DNA of 64,000 nt, from positions 4,128,001 to 4,192,000 of the forward strand of contig OZ245046.1 in NCBI GenBank assembly GCA_965224245.1, in the 5' to 3' direction. This document shows positions 40,163-51,800 of the stretch, in pieces (position 1 is the stretch's first letter; each line of letters starts with the position of its first letter). The notes under the pieces were generated by a model. It did no database searches. It was not told the origin of the DNA and saw nothing but the letters and a program-made list of their open reading frames with translations. The position numbers were made by a program, and so were the translations under genes. This DNA comes from Candidatus Eiseniibacteriota bacterium (lineage in GTDB: Bacteria > Eisenbacteria > RBG-16-71-46 > CAZAMP01).

Positions 40163-40333
40163 TTCAGTCGTACGCCGGGTGTCGGTGCGGTCGAGCTTCG
40201 GGAGTCGACGTATCACGAGAGCGACTGCTGCGGGGATCTCGGACTGCCGGAGCCTTCGGGGTCGTTGACGCTGGTCGAGGCGACCACGCCGGCACGGAGA
40301 ACGAGCTGGGGGGCGCTGAAGAGTCGCTGGTGA
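40163..40333 (+). pseudogene. 3' remnant or small ORF ending in the SW tag (5' boundary uncertain)
   Basis: Frame ends ...LTLVEATTPARRTSWGALKSRW*; no convincing start, RBS or signal peptide. Confidence 0.5.
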
Positions 40334-40616
40334 TCGACCCGACCGCACCACCGAACGGCGGTCGACGCACCACGTGACCGTCGTCGAATTGATGCACACG
40401 CATCATTGCACCCCCGGCTCGACCACACGCAAAGTCCGCCTTTCACGCCATGGCGATCGTTGCGCCCCCCGCCGGCGAGCACCCTCCCGACCCCGCCGTC
40501 ACCTTCACGAGCGTCGTCGACGTGCTCGCCTCTCACCAAGGAGCGATGCCTATGCAGAACTCCATCGTTTCTCGTACGCACTTCGACCTGACACCGTGGA
40601 GAGGGAGGTATTTGCA

Positions 40617-42278
40617 ATGAAACGTGCCGTTTCGTTGCTGGGAGTTCTCGTCGCGGCGACGTGGATCTACTCGTGTGAGACCGATCAGCCCATCCAGGTC
40701 ACCTCGCCCGACGCCGACGGCCAGCTGACGCTGCCGTCGAACGATGGTGCGGGTGAGGCGCCGCCCGCGACGGTGAAGCTCATTCCGGCCTCGGCGCTCG
40801 CCGATGCAACCGGGGCTCGCACGCTGGATGAGGAAGCGACGCTGATGCCCGCCGAGCTGTACGCCACGCTGGCGGCCGGTGAGTGCATCTCGGAAGACAA
40901 GGTCCTGCACTTGCCCGCCGACGTCGCGCCGCAGAAGGGCGACATCCTCTTCGTCATCGATCTGACGGGGAGCATGGACGAGGAGCTGGCCAACGTGAAG
41001 GTCAACTCCATCAACATCATGAACCAGATCCGCGCGCTGATCCCCGACTCCCAGTTCGGTGTGATCTCGCACATGGATTACAACGGGACGTACGAGGGCT
41101 GCGGGTACGGTCCGATCTCGTACGGAAGCGGACCGGACTATCCGTACTCGCTCGACCAGCCGCTCACCGACGACATCGCCATGGTCGCGGCCGCCATCAA
41201 CGGCCTGATGGAGGGAAGCGGCGACGACGGTCCCGAGGACTACTCGCGTCCGATGTTCGAGATGTACAGCGATCCCCTGATCGGGCTTCGGCCGGGCTCG
41301 AAGCGCATCGCGCTGTTCTGGCAGGACGCGGTGCCGCACGACTGTGACTTCTGGCTCGACTGTGGCGGCTCCGGATCCACCGGACCCGACCCGGGTCGTG
41401 ACGCGATCGTGGGGACGGGGGACGATCTCGACCTGGCCACCGTGATCGCCGGGCTCGATGCCAGCAACATCACGCTGATCGGACTTCACAGCGGTGGCAA
41501 TCTCGCGCTCTGGGACTGCTACGCGATGAAGACCGGTGGCGCGAGCTTCCAGATCAACCCCGACGGAACCGTCCCCGATGGAAGCGACATCGACGAGTTC
41601 GTGGCGAGCCTGATCCAGGAGGAGATCGGGACCATCGACGAGCTCACGCTCGAGGTGTGCACCGACGGCTACGAGGCCTGGCTCGTCTCGGTGGATCCGA
41701 TGTCGTACACGGACCTGATGCTGAACGTGCCCAAGGATCTGCCGTTCACCATCGAGATCTGCGTGCCAGAGGGCACCATGGACGGCGACTACGCGTTCTC
41801 GATCTGCGCGATCGGCGACGGCGTCGAGTTCGCGCGCCAGGACGTCTTCATCGAGGTTCGCAACGAGATCGAGGTGCCGGTCGACGTGAAGCCGACCTCC
41901 TGCCCCAACCCGATCAACGGCGGCGGCGTTCTGCCCGTGGCCATCCTCGGCTGGGAGGAGCTCGACGTGGCGTCGATCGATCCGAGCACGGTCCTGCTGG
42001 AGGGGGTCCCCCCGATTCGCTGGGCGCTCGACGACGTCGCCACGCCGTTCGAGCCGTTCACCGGCAAGACCGACTGCGTCATGGACTGCAACACGCTGGG
42101 TCCCGATGGCTACATGGATCTCACGCTCAAGTTCGACAAGGAGGAGATCCTGGCCGCCCTCGGCTACGGCACGGCCCGGCTCGTGGAGCCGATGTGGGAC
42201 TGCGTCGTGGTCACCCTGACCGGTGAGACGATCGACGGTCAGGTGATCGTCGGCGAGGACGTGGTGCGAATCAGATAA
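40617..42278 (+). CDS. vWA-domain lipoprotein (integrin beta I-like)
   Basis: GGAGG RBS; lipobox IYSC; DILFVIDLTGSM MIDAS-like motif; GDDGPED; QDAVPH; C-terminal VDVKP.SCPNPIN...LPVAIL domain. Confidence 0.8.
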   Translation: MKRAVSLLGVLVAATWIYSCETDQPIQVTSPDADGQLTLPSNDGAGEAPPATVKLIPASALADATGARTLDEEATLMPAELYATLAAGECISEDKVLHLPADVAPQKGDILFVIDLTGSMDEELANVKVNSINIMNQIRALIPDSQFGVISHMDYNGTYEGCGYGPISYGSGPDYPYSLDQPLTDDIAMVAAAINGLMEGSGDDGPEDYSRPMFEMYSDPLIGLRPGSKRIALFWQDAVPHDCDFWLDCGGSGSTGPDPGRDAIVGTGDDLDLATVIAGLDASNITLIGLHSGGNLALWDCYAMKTGGASFQINPDGTVPDGSDIDEFVASLIQEEIGTIDELTLEVCTDGYEAWLVSVDPMSYTDLMLNVPKDLPFTIEICVPEGTMDGDYAFSICAIGDGVEFARQDVFIEVRNEIEVPVDVKPTSCPNPINGGGVLPVAILGWEELDVASIDPSTVLLEGVPPIRWALDDVATPFEPFTGKTDCVMDCNTLGPDGYMDLTLKFDKEEILAALGYGTARLVEPMWDCVVVTLTGETIDGQVIVGEDVVRIR

Positions 42279-42303
42279 CGTCGCGATCGCACCGAGTTTC
42301 TGC

Positions 42304-42330
42304 GGGCTCGGGGCCCGAGGCTCCGAGCCC
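42304..42330. terminator. stem-loop after the vWA gene
   Basis: GGGCTCGGGGCC-cga-GGCTCCGAGCCC, 12-bp stem with one G-U pair; no U-tract. Confidence 0.35.
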
Positions 42331-42580
42331 GTCACGGCACCCACCCCGGTTCAAACGTGCGCCTCCTCCGGAGCCGCCAGAGCCGGCTCCGCCCGGCGAC
42401 TCTCGCTCTCCGCGCAACTAGCTGCGACGTCGTTTGATATGAGCGCCGTCGAGATCCTCGCGTGCCGGGCGCTCCGGAATTCTTCTCCTCCCATGAGCCG
42501 ATCCGCCGGCGAACGGGGCTACTCCGAGCAGAACGGCTCGTCTCCGCTCCCGGTGCGGGGACTGCCCCAGGAGGTAACCC

Positions 42581-44197
42581 ATGAATCCGGCGCGACACGT
42601 CTCTCCCCGCCGCCCGCTGCTGGCCCTCGGCACCCTGCTGGGAGCCCTGCCCATGATGGGACTGGAGTGTGACCGCCCCACCAGCGGCCCGTTCCCCAGA
42701 CTCGCCTTGCACCTCACTCTGACACCCGCGGAGCCCGGAGTGGAGGAGTCGTTCACTCTGGATCCCTCCGCGACGGAGGCGATCGAGGTGACCGTGCGGA
42801 TCTTCGAGTACCGGATCGATGCGGGCGCCGTGCCGGACCCCGCCAACGAGGTCTTTCGCACCGAGCAGGTGGCCGACTTTCCCACGCAGGAGGCCGTGCC
42901 ACTCACGACGTCGCTCCCCGGCGGGCAGTACACGGCCACGGTCATCGCACACTACCGGGACGAGTTCGGCCGGGACACGAGCAAGGAGGCATCGGTCACG
43001 TTCTGGGTCTCGGACTGCGGGCCGGCGCCCTACGCGGACGCCCCGCCCGGCGAGATCGACGACGAGACGGAGCACTGGTCCTCGGGGCGTCTGCCCGCCG
43101 GCGTCGCGGGTTCGCCCTATGACGCGCACGTTCCCGTCAACGGCGGCGTGGACCCGCTCGTGTTCGAGGTGGCGGACCCCGAGGGGGATCCCTTCCCGGA
43201 CTGGCTCACGCTCTGGCCGGATGGACGACTCACCGCCGACGAGATACCGGCTGGCGCCCGCTCGGATAACGTGACGATCCGGGTCTTCGACGGCTGCTTC
43301 AACGGGGCGCGGTCCGTGGTACTCGAGTACGTTCTCCAGATCGTCGACGCAGAGTGCGGTCCGAACCCGGTGTTTCACGGCTTCGACGTCACGGAGCTGA
43401 ACCAGGGCTACTACTACGCGTTGACGGCCGTGGTGGAGAATGGGCAACCGCCGTTCTCTCTCGTTCTTCCCGACGGAGGGGAGATCCCGTCGGAGCTGAA
43501 CATGGAGATCTACGGTGACGCCACACTCGCGGGGCGTCCACAGACGACGGGAACCTTCGTCTTCGAGATCGGTGTCCTGGATCACTGCTTCCGCCGCGAC
43601 TTCGCATCCGTCACGTTCACCGTCGTCGAGCCCCAATGCGAGAAGCTCCTGGGGAACCGGGAAGACCCGGAGCGGGCCACCGTCGGGGAGCCGTATACGA
43701 CCACGATCTGGACGGGCGGGTTTCCCCCGGTGTCGTACGAGGTGGTCTCGGTCGCGCAGATCCCGCCGGGCCTCGCGCTGGATGCCGCCTCCGGCATCCT
43801 GAGCGGCGTCCCCACCGAGGCCGGCCAGTTCTACCTGGTCCTCGAGGTCGAAGACAGCTGCCCCGACGGCGTGCAGAGCATCCTGGAGATCGCCAACGTA
43901 TGGGTGGATCCAGCGCCCGGCGACTGCTCGCCGCTGTCGGTGATCACCCAGAAGCTTCCCGGCGGACTGCAGGGCGAAGCCTACGAGGCGAGCATCGAGA
44001 CCGAGGGCGGAGAGCCGCCGTTGCACTTCCAGGAGCTTGGGACGCTTCCGCCGGGGTTGACCCTGGACTACGACACGGGAGTGATCTCGGGAACCCCCAC
44101 GACCCCGGGGCTCTGGACGTTCGATCTCCTGGTCTACGATTCCTGTCAGCCCGAGGTGCAGCAGGTCACGACGACCTACGGCATCGGTGTGGAGTGA
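42581..44197 (+). CDS. putative Ig (He_PIG-like) repeat lipoprotein
   Basis: AGGAGG RBS; GLEC lipobox-like; four LP.G..G..Y...GG.PP...LPPGL.LD..G.ISG.PT repeats. Confidence 0.82.
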   Translation: MNPARHVSPRRPLLALGTLLGALPMMGLECDRPTSGPFPRLALHLTLTPAEPGVEESFTLDPSATEAIEVTVRIFEYRIDAGAVPDPANEVFRTEQVADFPTQEAVPLTTSLPGGQYTATVIAHYRDEFGRDTSKEASVTFWVSDCGPAPYADAPPGEIDDETEHWSSGRLPAGVAGSPYDAHVPVNGGVDPLVFEVADPEGDPFPDWLTLWPDGRLTADEIPAGARSDNVTIRVFDGCFNGARSVVLEYVLQIVDAECGPNPVFHGFDVTELNQGYYYALTAVVENGQPPFSLVLPDGGEIPSELNMEIYGDATLAGRPQTTGTFVFEIGVLDHCFRRDFASVTFTVVEPQCEKLLGNREDPERATVGEPYTTTIWTGGFPPVSYEVVSVAQIPPGLALDAASGILSGVPTEAGQFYLVLEVEDSCPDGVQSILEIANVWVDPAPGDCSPLSVITQKLPGGLQGEAYEASIETEGGEPPLHFQELGTLPPGLTLDYDTGVISGTPTTPGLWTFDLLVYDSCQPEVQQVTTTYGIGVE

Positions 44198-44362
44198 CCG
44201 CCGTGTGGGAGGCGGGCGCCCTGGAGAGGCCCTGGCGGTTGCCCGGGCGCGCACGCCGCCCGTACCATGTTCGGGATCCATACGAGCACGATTCTGGATG
44301 GCCTCGCCGGAGGGCGTGCGCCGGGCATCCAGCGATCCCGTCGTCACCGGGACTAGAGCCCC

Positions 44363-44923
44363 ATGGACACCAGGGAGCCAGTCACCCAGCTACTGCACGC
44401 CCTCTCGGACGGGGACCGGGAGGCGCTCGTCGAGCTCCTGCCGATGATCTACGACGAGCTCCGCGCCATCGCGCGTCGGCAGATGCGCGGCGAGCGCTCC
44501 GACCACACGCTGAACACGACCGCGCTCGTGCACGAGGCATATCTCAGGCTGGAGCGGCTCGATCGGATCGAGTGGCGGAACCGGGTCCATTTCCTGGCCG
44601 TGGCCGCTCAGTGCATGCGCAACATCCTGGTGAGCTACGCGGTGCGACGGCGGCGCCTCAAGCGGGGTGGCGGGGCGCGCCCGTTGCCACTGGACGAGTC
44701 GATGTGGGTGCCCGACGAACGCCTCGATCAGGTGCTCTCGCTGGACGAGGCGCTACGAGCCTTGCAGAAGCTGAATCCCCGCCACGTGCACATCGTGGAG
44801 TGTCGTTTCTTCGGCGGGCTGACCATCGAGGAGACCGCCACCGTGCTGGACGTATCGCCCGCGACGATCAAGCGTGACTGGCAGCTGCTCCGTGCCTGGT
44901 TGGCGCGCGAGCTGGGGGTGTGA
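44363..44923 (+). CDS. ECF sigma factor, kinase-associated type (ECF43 / TIGR02999-like)
   Basis: [55 protein letters not shown]. Confidence 0.93.
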   Translation: MDTREPVTQLLHALSDGDREALVELLPMIYDELRAIARRQMRGERSDHTLNTTALVHEAYLRLERLDRIEWRNRVHFLAVAAQCMRNILVSYAVRRRRLKRGGGARPLPLDESMWVPDERLDQVLSLDEALRALQKLNPRHVHIVECRFFGGLTIEETATVLDVSPATIKRDWQLLRAWLARELGV

Positions 44924-47446
44924 ATGGACTCCCGACTCTGGCGCCGCGTGAGCGACATCTTCATCGCGGCAGTCGACCTCGAGGCGCCCGATCGAAGCGC
45001 GTACCTGGATGCCGCCTGCGGCAACGACGACGAGCTGCGCGACGAGGTGGATTCCCTGCTGGGCGCATCCGGATCCGGTGAACGCGTCGAGCAGCTCGTG
45101 GGCACGTGGCTCACCTCGTCCGGCGTGGGTCCGTCACCGCGATCCCCGGTTGGACAACGCGTGGGACCTTACGTCGTCCGGGAAGAGCTGGGCGGTGGCG
45201 GCATGGCCGACGTGTTCCTGGCGGAACGCGAGGACGGTCAGTTCGCGCGCCGCGTCGCGCTCAAGATCCTCCGGTACGGACGGCGAAGCGGCGAGCTCGA
45301 GCGTCGCTTTCTCCACGAGCGCCAGATCCTGGCCCGGCTGGTGCACCACGGCATCGCACGCCTCTACGATGGGGGCTTCACGGACGCGGGACTGCCGTAC
45401 ATCGTCATGGAGTACGTGGACGGACAGCCGCTGGACCGCTACTGCGACGAACGGCGCCTCACGGTGTCGAGTCGACTCGTGCTCTTCGAGGAGGTATGCA
45501 CGGCCGTCCGCCACGCCCACCGGAACCTGGTCGTTCACCGCGATCTCAAGCCGTCGAACATTCTGGTCACCGCAGCCGGCGAGGTGAAGCTCCTGGACTT
45601 CGGGATCGCCAAGCTGCTCGCCGACGAGGAGGACCGCGGCCTCACCCACACGAACCAGCAGATCATGACGCCGGACTACGCGAGTCCGGAGCAGGTGGTC
45701 GGCGGCTCGGTGACCACGGCCACGGACGTCTACGCTCTCGGGGTCATCCTGTACGAGCTGCTCGCGGGTAGGCGACCGTACACGACGCGTGAGCTGACGC
45801 CGACGGTGATCGAGCGCGTGATCTGCACAGAGGTCCCCAGGCCGCCGAGCCGCATGCTGAACGACCTCGACGAGGAATCGGCGGCGACCGTCTGCCACGA
45901 CCGCGGCACGACGAGGCGGGCGCTGCGTCGTATCCTGTCGGCCGATCTGGACACCATCGTGCTTCAAGCCCTGCACAAGGACCCCGAGCGCCGATATGCC
46001 TCGGCCGCAGAGCTGCGCGAGGATCTCCGGCGATGCCGGCAAGGGCGACCGGTGCAGGCACGTCCGGACACCTTCGGCTATCGCTCGGCGAAGTTCCTTC
46101 GGCGAAACCGCCTCGGCGTGGCCGCGGCGGCGGCCGTCCTGCTCTCGCTCGTCTCCGGAGTGGTGGCGACCTCCTGGCAGGCGAGCCGGGCACGCGCGCA
46201 GTCGCGGATCGCGGCGGAGCAGCGAGATCGGGCGCGCGCCGCGGCGCAGCAGTCGGAGCACGTGACCGCCTTCCTGATCGATCTCTTCGAGGGTAGCGAT
46301 CCGAACTCGCGAACCGGTGCCCTGACCGCTCGCCAGATTCTGGATCGCGGCATCGAGCGTGTGGAGCGGGATCTCTCGGACGAGCCCGCGATTCAGGGTG
46401 AGCTGATGCTCATCATGGCCCAGGTCTCGTTGAATCTGGGCGAGTACGATCGCGCGGAGGAGCTCCTGGACGGCGCGCTGGCACGAGCGCGAGCCGCCCA
46501 CGGCGAGCGGAGCGAGCCCGTGGCCGAGGCGCTCAACGAGGTGGCACGTCTCGCGCAAGCACGCGAGCAGGTTGCCCGGAGTGACTCGCTGCTGCGTATC
46601 GTCCTGGATCGGCGCCGGGCGCTGCACGGACCCGACGACCCACTCGTCGCCGAGACGGCGCACAACCTGGGAGTCTCCTTGATGGCGGCGGGCCGTTTCG
46701 ACAGCGCGGAGGTCTACCTGGAACGCGCCCTGACCATTCGTCGTGGCTCGCCGGACGTCCCGCTCTCCACGCTGGGCGTCAACGTCTCCAACCTGGCCGT
46801 CGCGGCAAGCCGTCTGGGTGACCGCGCGCGGGCCGAGAAGCTGCACCTCGAGGCGCTCGAAATGCAGCGCGAGGATCTCGGATCGGTGCATCCGGAGGTG
46901 GCCACGACGCTGAACAACGTCGCGCTTCTCCGGTACCGGCGAGGCGATCTCGCCGGTGCCGCCCAGTACATGGACGAGGCGCTCGCGGTGTGGCGCGCGA
47001 CGCTGCCCGAGGATCACCCGCAGATCGCTCGCGGCCTGAACAACCTCGCGGCGATTCACGAGAAGCGAGGCGACCTGGCCGGCGCGGAGCCGCTTTATCG
47101 TGAGGCTCTCCGCCGGAAGCGCCTGCAGCTCGGCCCGGATCATCCGACCGTGGCGCGCAGCCTCAACAACCTCGGGCTGCTCCTTCAGAGACGTGGACAG
47201 CTGGACGAGGCCGAGGGACTGCTACGCGAATCGCTCCGGGTGCGCCGGCAGGCCTTCGGTGAACGGCACGCGGACGTGGCCCGGGCGCAGCACAACCTGG
47301 CAGCTCTGCTCGTCGAGCTGGGGGATCGCCCCGCCGCCGACACGCTGTTCCGGGCGGCCCTGGCCACACGTCGCGAGCTACTGGGCGTCGACGACGACCA
47401 GACGCGCGAGACCGCGGCGGCGCTGGCGAGCATCGGGGCCGAGTGA
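44924..47446 (+). CDS. Ser/Thr protein kinase with TM helix and TPR repeats
   Basis: [23 protein letters not shown] and TPDYASPEQ motifs; TM segment; TPR repeats. Confidence 0.93.
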   Translation: MDSRLWRRVSDIFIAAVDLEAPDRSAYLDAACGNDDELRDEVDSLLGASGSGERVEQLVGTWLTSSGVGPSPRSPVGQRVGPYVVREELGGGGMADVFLAEREDGQFARRVALKILRYGRRSGELERRFLHERQILARLVHHGIARLYDGGFTDAGLPYIVMEYVDGQPLDRYCDERRLTVSSRLVLFEEVCTAVRHAHRNLVVHRDLKPSNILVTAAGEVKLLDFGIAKLLADEEDRGLTHTNQQIMTPDYASPEQVVGGSVTTATDVYALGVILYELLAGRRPYTTRELTPTVIERVICTEVPRPPSRMLNDLDEESAATVCHDRGTTRRALRRILSADLDTIVLQALHKDPERRYASAAELREDLRRCRQGRPVQARPDTFGYRSAKFLRRNRLGVAAAAAVLLSLVSGVVATSWQASRARAQSRIAAEQRDRARAAAQQSEHVTAFLIDLFEGSDPNSRTGALTARQILDRGIERVERDLSDEPAIQGELMLIMAQVSLNLGEYDRAEELLDGALARARAAHGERSEPVAEALNEVARLAQAREQVARSDSLLRIVLDRRRALHGPDDPLVAETAHNLGVSLMAAGRFDSAEVYLERALTIRRGSPDVPLSTLGVNVSNLAVAASRLGDRARAEKLHLEALEMQREDLGSVHPEVATTLNNVALLRYRRGDLAGAAQYMDEALAVWRATLPEDHPQIARGLNNLAAIHEKRGDLAGAEPLYREALRRKRLQLGPDHPTVARSLNNLGLLLQRRGQLDEAEGLLRESLRVRRQAFGERHADVARAQHNLAALLVELGDRPAADTLFRAALATRRELLGVDDDQTRETAAALASIGAE

Positions 47447-47665
47447 CGGATCTCCGCGTCGCGTGCCCGCGCCACCGGGCCTGCCCCGACGGAACGCCGG
47501 GTGGTTTCGATCCGGCGGACCCCACCCGCCCGCACGTCCGGGGCCGCATCGCGCGCCAGTGGGTGACACCACCGGGCCGACTTCTCTTGATCGATCGGGC
47601 CGACGAGAGTACCCTCCGTCCAATTTGCGTCAGACCTACGGTTTGGTTCGAGAGGAGGATTTCGG

Positions 47666-48841
47666 GTGCCTGCCATCCTCGCCCTCGAGAGCGGGGCGAC
47701 GTTCGTCGGCCGTTTCTTCGGGACCCCGCAGTCGGCGGGTGGTGAGGTCGTTTTCCACACGGGCATGACGGGCTACCAGGAGATCCTCACCGACCCCAGC
47801 TACGCGGGTCAGATCGTCGTCTTCACCGCGCCCCACATCGGCAACTACGGGATTCACCAGGGCGACGACGAGTCGGCCCGGATCCACCCGGCCGGCGTCG
47901 TCGTGCGCGATCACTGCCGCCGTACGTTCCACCGCCGGGCCGATCGGTCGCTCGCCGACGTCCTGCGCCGAGCCGGCGTCCCCGGCATCTGCGACGTCGA
48001 CACACGCGCCATCACCGCCGGGATACGGGACGCGGGGACATGCCGAGGCGTCATCGGCGAAGGCGACCCCGACGCGCTCGTGGCCCGAGCCCGCGCGCTC
48101 CCCCGGATCGGCGAGACCGACTGGGTCGCGACGGTGACCACGGCGGCGCCGTACGCGCTCGAGCCGACGAAGCGGAACGGTGACGACCACCCCTTCGAGG
48201 TCGCCGTGCTCGATTTCGGGACGAAGCGATCCATCCTGACCCGGCTCACCGAGGAGGGGTGCCGCGTGCGGGTGTTTCCAGCGTCCACCGATCCGAGCAT
48301 CGTGCTGGCGCCGCCGACCGAGGGCGTGTTCCTCAGCAACGGCCCCGGCGACCCGGCCTCCCTCGAGCATCTGGTGGCGTCGGTGCGCGAGCTCCTGGAG
48401 CACGACCTGCCGACGTTCGGCATCTGCCTGGGCCACCAGCTCATCGCGCGTGCGCTGGGGGCGGGTACGGCCAAGCTCCCGTTCGGACACCACGGGGCCA
48501 ACCACCCGGTGCGGAACCTGGCCACGGGCCGCGTCGAGATCACGAGCCAGAATCACAACTACGCGGTTCCCGCGGGCTCGCTGAGCCCGTCCGTCGCCCG
48601 CATCACGCACCTGAGCCTGAACGACGACACCGTCGAGGGGATGGAGGTCGTCGGCCGCGACATCTATTCGGTGCAGTACCACCCCGAGGCGGCGCCGGGC
48701 CCGCGCGACAGCCACTATCTCTTCCGCCGCTTCCGCGAGGACATGATGCTCCGTCGCACGCGAAGGGGCCGCACGGACGCGCGCCGCGCGCTCCCGACGA
48801 GCCCATCGATCGAGAACGCGACGCGCGGACGGGAGGCGTAG
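47666..48841 (+). CDS. carA: carbamoyl-phosphate synthase small subunit
   Basis: [37 protein letters not shown] and QYHPEA motifs. Confidence 0.97.
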   Translation: MPAILALESGATFVGRFFGTPQSAGGEVVFHTGMTGYQEILTDPSYAGQIVVFTAPHIGNYGIHQGDDESARIHPAGVVVRDHCRRTFHRRADRSLADVLRRAGVPGICDVDTRAITAGIRDAGTCRGVIGEGDPDALVARARALPRIGETDWVATVTTAAPYALEPTKRNGDDHPFEVAVLDFGTKRSILTRLTEEGCRVRVFPASTDPSIVLAPPTEGVFLSNGPGDPASLEHLVASVRELLEHDLPTFGICLGHQLIARALGAGTAKLPFGHHGANHPVRNLATGRVEITSQNHNYAVPAGSLSPSVARITHLSLNDDTVEGMEVVGRDIYSVQYHPEAAPGPRDSHYLFRRFREDMMLRRTRRGRTDARRALPTSPSIENATRGREA

Positions 48842-48843
48842 CA

Positions 48844-51800
48844 ATGCCGGCGCGTCGAGACCTGTCGAGCATCCTCGTCCTGGGATCGGGCCCGATCGTC
48901 ATCGGGCAGGCGTGCGAGTTCGACTACTCGGGCACGCAGGCGGTCAAGGCCCTCCGGAAGGAGGGCTATCGCGTCATCCTCGTCAATAGCAACCCGGCCA
49001 CCATCATGACCGACCCGGAGCTGGCCGACGCGACGTACATCGAGCCCCTGACGCCCGAGATGGTCGAGGCCGTGATCGCGCGCGAGCGACCCGACGCGAT
49101 CCTGCCCACCGTGGGCGGCCAGACGGCGCTGAACCTGGCGGTGGCGCTCGACGAGCGCGGCACCCTCGATCGGTACGGGGTCGAGCTGATCGGCGCCGGC
49201 GTGGAGAGCGTGCGGATCGCCGAGGACCGCGACCGCTTCAAGGCGGCGATGGCGGAGATCGGGCTCCGCACGCCCACGAGCCGCATCGTCCGCTCGCTGG
49301 ACGACGCGCGCGAGGTGCTGGACGTGCTCGGGTTCCCGCTGATCCTCCGGGCCAGCTTCACGCTGGGGGGATCGGGGTCCGGCATCGCCTACGGGCTCGA
49401 TGAGTATCTGTCCCTGGTCCAGACCGGGCTCGCGCTCTCGCCGGTGCGGAGCGTCCTCGTTGAGGAGAGCGTCCTCGGCTGGAAGGAGTACGAGCTCGAG
49501 GTCATCCGGGACCGCGTGGGCAACGGCATCATCGTCTGCTCGATCGAGAACTTCGACGCGATGGGGGTCCACACCGGCGACTCGATCACGGTCGCGCCGG
49601 CCCAGACGCTGACCGATCGCGAGTACCAGCACCTGCGCGACGATGCGCTGGCAGTGCTGAACGCGGTCGGCGTCGCCACCGGCGGCGCGAACGTCCAGTT
49701 CGCCGTGAACCCCGACACCAGCGATCGCATCGTGATCGAGATGAACCCGCGCGTCAGCCGCTCCTCGGCGCTGGCCAGCAAGGCCACCGGGTATCCCATC
49801 GCGAAGATCGCGAGCCTCCTGGCGGTGGGGTACACGCTGGACGAGCTCCCGAACGAGATCACCGGGACGTCGTCGGCCTGCTTCGAGCCGTCGATCGACT
49901 ACACGGTCGTGAAGGTGCCGCGCTGGTCGTTCGAGAAGTTCCCCGGCACGCGCGACACGCTCGGTACGACGATGCAGTCGGTCGGCGAGGTCATGGCCAT
50001 GGGACGCACGTTTCGCGAGGCGCTCCAGAAGGCGCTCCGCGGTCTCGAGCTGGGACTCGACGGCTGGCACTCGGGGACGGGCGCACACCGGCGTGACGCC
50101 GACGCGCTGCGCGCCGCACTGGCGCGTCCCAGCCCCGAGCGGCTCGCGGATCTGCACGAGGCGCTGCGCCGCGGGTTCCGGCCCGAGGAGCTCACCGAGC
50201 TGACCGGCATCGACGCCTGGTTCCTCGACAACCTCGCCTATCTCGTGGAGGTCGAGGGCCAGCTCCGGAGCTTCACGCTCGAGGAGCTCCCGACCGAGAC
50301 GCTGCGCCTGGCCAAGCGCGAGGGCTTCTCGGATCGGCACGTCGCCGCGCTCCTGCGCGCGAACGGCTCGGTGCCCCGGGCGGAGTCCGTCCGCGAGCGA
50401 CGCGAGCGCGACGGGCTCAGGCCGGTGTTTCGCCGCGTGGACACCTGCGCGGCCGAGTTCGCCAGCGAGACGCCGTATCTGTACTCGACGTGGGAGGACG
50501 GTCCCTGCGAGGCCGAACCCACGTCGCGCCGCAAGGTCATCGTCCTCGGGAGCGGCCCCAACCGCATCGGACAGGGCATCGAGTTCGACACGTGCTGCTG
50601 CCACGCCGTCAGGGCACTCCGCGCCGAGGGCATCGAGGCGACGCTGGTGAACTGCAACCCCGAGACGGTCAGCACCGACTACGACATCTCCGATCGACTG
50701 TACTTCGAGCCCCTCCGCTTCGAAGAGGTGCTTCACATCGTCGAGCGGGAGCGACCCGACGGCGTCATCGTCACGTTCGGCGGACAGACACCGCTGAAGC
50801 TGGCGACGGCGCTGGACGGGGCGGGCGTGCCGCTCCTGGGCACGCCGGTGGACGCGATCGACCGCGCCGAGGATCGCGATCGCTTCGCGGCCGTGGCGGA
50901 CGAGCTCGGCATCGCGAGCCCGGCCTACGGCACCGCGCGCACGCTGGAGCAGGCCGTCGCGGTGGCCGGCGCCATCGGGTACCCGGTGATGGTCCGACCC
51001 AGCTACGTCCTCGGCGGACGCGCGATGCGGATCGTGTACGACCGCGAAGGTCTCACCGAGTACTTCGAGACCGCCGCTCGGGTGTCGCCCGAACATCCGG
51101 TGCTGATCGATCGGTTCCTGGAGGACGCGGTCGAGTTCGACGTGGACGCGGTCTCCGACGGCCGCCGGGTGGTCATCGGCGGCATCCTCCAGCACATCGA
51201 GGAGGCCGGCATCCACTCCGGCGACAGCTTCGCGGTGCTCCCCGCCTACAAGGTCACGCCCGAGGAGCTCGACGTGATGCGAGACGCGACCCGGCGCATC
51301 GCGCTGGCGCTGGGTGTGGTGGGTCTGGTGAACATCCAGTTCGCCAGCCTCGACGGCGTCGTCTACGTGCTCGAGGTGAACCCCCGCGCGTCGCGTACGG
51401 TGCCGTTCATCGAGAAGGCCACCGGCCGGGCGCTGGTGGAGATCGCCACGCGCTGCATGCTCGGCATCGACCTCGACGCCCAGGGTGTCGAGGACCGGAG
51501 CGCCGTCACGCTCCCCCGCGTGTTCGTCAAGGGACCGGTGTTCCCGTTCCGGCGCTTCCCGGACACCGACTCGCTCCTCGGGCCCGAAATGAAGAGCACC
51601 GGCGAGGTCATGGGCGTCGGCCGTACGTTCGGCGAGGCGTTCGCGAAGGCGCAGCTCGCGACCGGATGTCCACTCCCACTCGCGGGCACCGTGTTCGTCA
51701 GCGTCAACGATCGCGACAAGGAGAGCGCGCTGCCGGTGGCCCGCGACCTGACCGGGCTCGGGTTCGCGCTCCTGGCGACGCGGGGCACCGCGATCTTCCT

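Noticed and set aside
47447-47665. PyrR attenuator or riboswitch upstream of carA
   Set aside because: No PyrR-binding loop, U-tailed terminator or recognisable riboswitch core seen by eye; an Rfam scan would be needed.
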